This document shows positions 61,822 through 64,000 of a stretch of 64,000 nt of DNA, piece after piece. The stretch's first letter is position 1, and each line of letters opens with the position of its first letter. The translations under genes and the position numbers were made by a program. The DNA comes from Paraphysomonas bandaiensis (taxonomy: Eukaryota; Protista; Chrysophyceae), in NCBI GenBank assembly GCA_965644295.1, contig CBFFRP010000150.1, forward strand, positions 124,001 through 188,000, read 5' to 3'. The notes under the pieces are model-generated. The model had not been told where the DNA came from. It saw only the letters and a list, made by a program, of their open reading frames with translations, and did not search any database.

Positions 61822-62601
61822 GTAGATTAATGCATTTTCTGATCGCAACATGGTGTTGATGGCGTAAGATATGAGAGCTACTGCGGTTGTAATAATTAAT
61901 TTGTCCTTTGTTGAATGGAATGAAATGCATGAATAGCTTGTGACTGTTTAGTCGTGGCTAGCTATGTAGGTGTGAATAAAACGGAACAGTCTAACGAACT
62001 TTGTGGAAAATTTTCAATTAAAAGCAGAAATAATGCACTGCAGAGTGCAGAGAACTTAAGGTTGTTTCTAAGAACACAGTGAATCAACGACGAAAATGAG
62101 AAATTCTAATTTCGGGTTTTACCTTGCAATGGGTTTATCCGCTAAATTCCTTTCAGAGGTTAGGTTGTTTTCTATAGTTTCGTTGAGAATTAACTGTAAC
62201 TTGTCATTTTGAGACTAGACACTAGCCCCACAGTGAAAGTTCTAATCCCTTACTTTCTGTCCAACTTATGCCAAATACTTTTCATAAATTCATGTTCAAG
62301 CTAACGTTTGATAACGCAATCTTTCACTATTCACTATTCGCATATTGGCAGTGAATATAGGTGGAAATATTATATAATTAGTGTAAATTATTATCGCTCG
62401 ACTGAACACTTCTTAGAGTAAGCATGTGCAGTTTTCTGTTTAGCTGTTTAGAATCCTTTGTCATCTCTGATTAGCAGCACCTTCACAAAGAGGACATAAA
62501 GCTCCGTGTAACCGTCGGAGTTTATTGTACATATCACAGAGTGGTTATCTGTTTTATGCACATACATATTCATCTTGTGAACGCTAGATTATAAAACAAT
62601 A

Positions 62602-64000
62602 TCAAAGTGGTGGTTCACATATCCAGTGCCTTTTCACCCACAACACATCTCTTATATGGTGAGGCTTGGGATGTAGGGGGAAGCAGACTAATCCAGTCGG
62701 CTGAGGAATGTCTCCGCCCTCTGTAGCCATGGCTTTTGCGTCAGAATAATCGACTGCAAGACCAGGGTAGATATCTTGAACAAATGCCACATCTTGCATT
62801 ACTCCCGTTTCAGCATCGGATAGCATTAACTCTAGGTAGTGGTCAAATTTGTACATCACACGTGATACCTCAGCATAATGGCTTTTCAGGAAGTAGAAGA
62901 GGTTATGGGGGAAGGGGGCAGGTTGTAAAGGCATGTGCGCTGAGTTGACAGGAGGGGCACGCCATATCATAACACTGGAGTTAATCCCACAGGGCCGACC
63001 TTTGATAAGCAGAAATCATGTATTGCAAGTATAGAAGAAACACAGGACAGGCGTATTGACATACACTCATCAAAACATTCACAATTACCCATATTCACAC
63101 CTTCATTAGATAGCCATTTCGCGCCCAGACAAATAAAATGTGGCCCAGATTTTTGCTCAATTGCTAGTGGATCAGATAGTAGAGCATTAACGGTCTGAGA
63201 ACACAGCACTGTGTCGAGGTCTAAATACAGCACGCGTCCAAAGAGAGCAGCCTCGGGACTGAACAAATAAGCTTTACACCACCAACCCCGCCAGCCCCAA
63301 GATTTAATATCAGGAAGTAAACTACATACACGGAAGACTTGTTAAAGGCGACACAAAAATAAAATATAGTGCCAATAAAAGAACTACTTAAATAGGAATA
63401 GCGTCACAATAAACACAATGTACACAGTTATCTACATACCGATACTCCACCCCGGGCCTACGTATCAGCTTCTCATCCTCCGGTGTGTCTGTGAAGCACA
63501 CAATACTAGTATTCTGAGCATTTTCTGGCGTAAGAAATCTATACAAGGCCAGTACGAGAGCGTTCACATATTCAGCACCGTATTTTGTTCCCCATTTCAC
63601 CATTACAATTGTGGTGGTGCACAATTCAACTTCTGTCTCAGTACAAACACGTGAAATATCATAGCACGTGCGTATCTCTCCGGGTGACGGTAGGGATGGT
63701 AATCGATTGCGAGTTAATTCCAATGCCTCCACGAATTTGCCCATTTGTCTCAAAGCAATGTTCATATTGTACAAACAATGACAGTCATTAGCTTTTACCT
63801 CGAGACCCTATCGCAATACCGATATTAGCATCACTCAATATCATGAACACATTATTACCTTTCTACAGTAATCAACAGCTTTAGAAGGATTATTCAATTT
63901 AATTAATACCGCAGCAGCTGCACTATATGCTTCAACTATATGTGGATTTAAACGAATAGCTTCTAGAAAACATTGAAGTTGTTCTTGAGGATCAATATCT
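62602..64000 (-). CDS. GT-A-type (DxD) glycosyltransferase with TPR-like N-terminal helices, 5' end outside the window
   Basis: VKWGTKYGAEYVN, GWWCKAYLF, LYLDLDTV, NSSVMIW and CFPLHPKPH motifs. Confidence 0.75.

Noticed and set aside
1-64000. tRNA or rRNA genes
   Set aside because: None recognised by eye; a tRNAscan-SE or Infernal run would be needed to exclude them

Overview
Eukaryotic, intron-containing genomic DNA with short GT-AG introns; a protist, probably a stramenopile (inferred from gene content and transposon types, not proven). About 11 host genes are present: an MFS sugar-phosphate transporter, a GT4 glycosyltransferase, a two-pore K+ channel, a myosin, a PPP phosphatase, PDH E1-alpha, an ankyrin-HECT ligase, UMP1, a partial glycosyltransferase and two hypotheticals. 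They are separated by transposon islands. These hold a young Copia (TA...CA LTRs), an old Copia with CG...CG termini and three-level nesting, a young Gypsy chromovirus, a piggyBac-like transposase, several hAT elements, a Harbinger-type MITE and a CACTA MITE. Three observations stand out. (1) A ten-copy 176-bp tandem array inside a phosphatase intron, where every unit carries a canonical box C/D snoRNA-like structure. (2) A decayed, Gypsy-split, prokaryote/virus-type amino-DNA methyltransferase gene, with extra fragments nearby, next to a piggyBac-like transposase. (3) LTR retroelements with non-canonical termini. All calls come from reading the sequence; no database searches were run, and exon boundaries are approximate.
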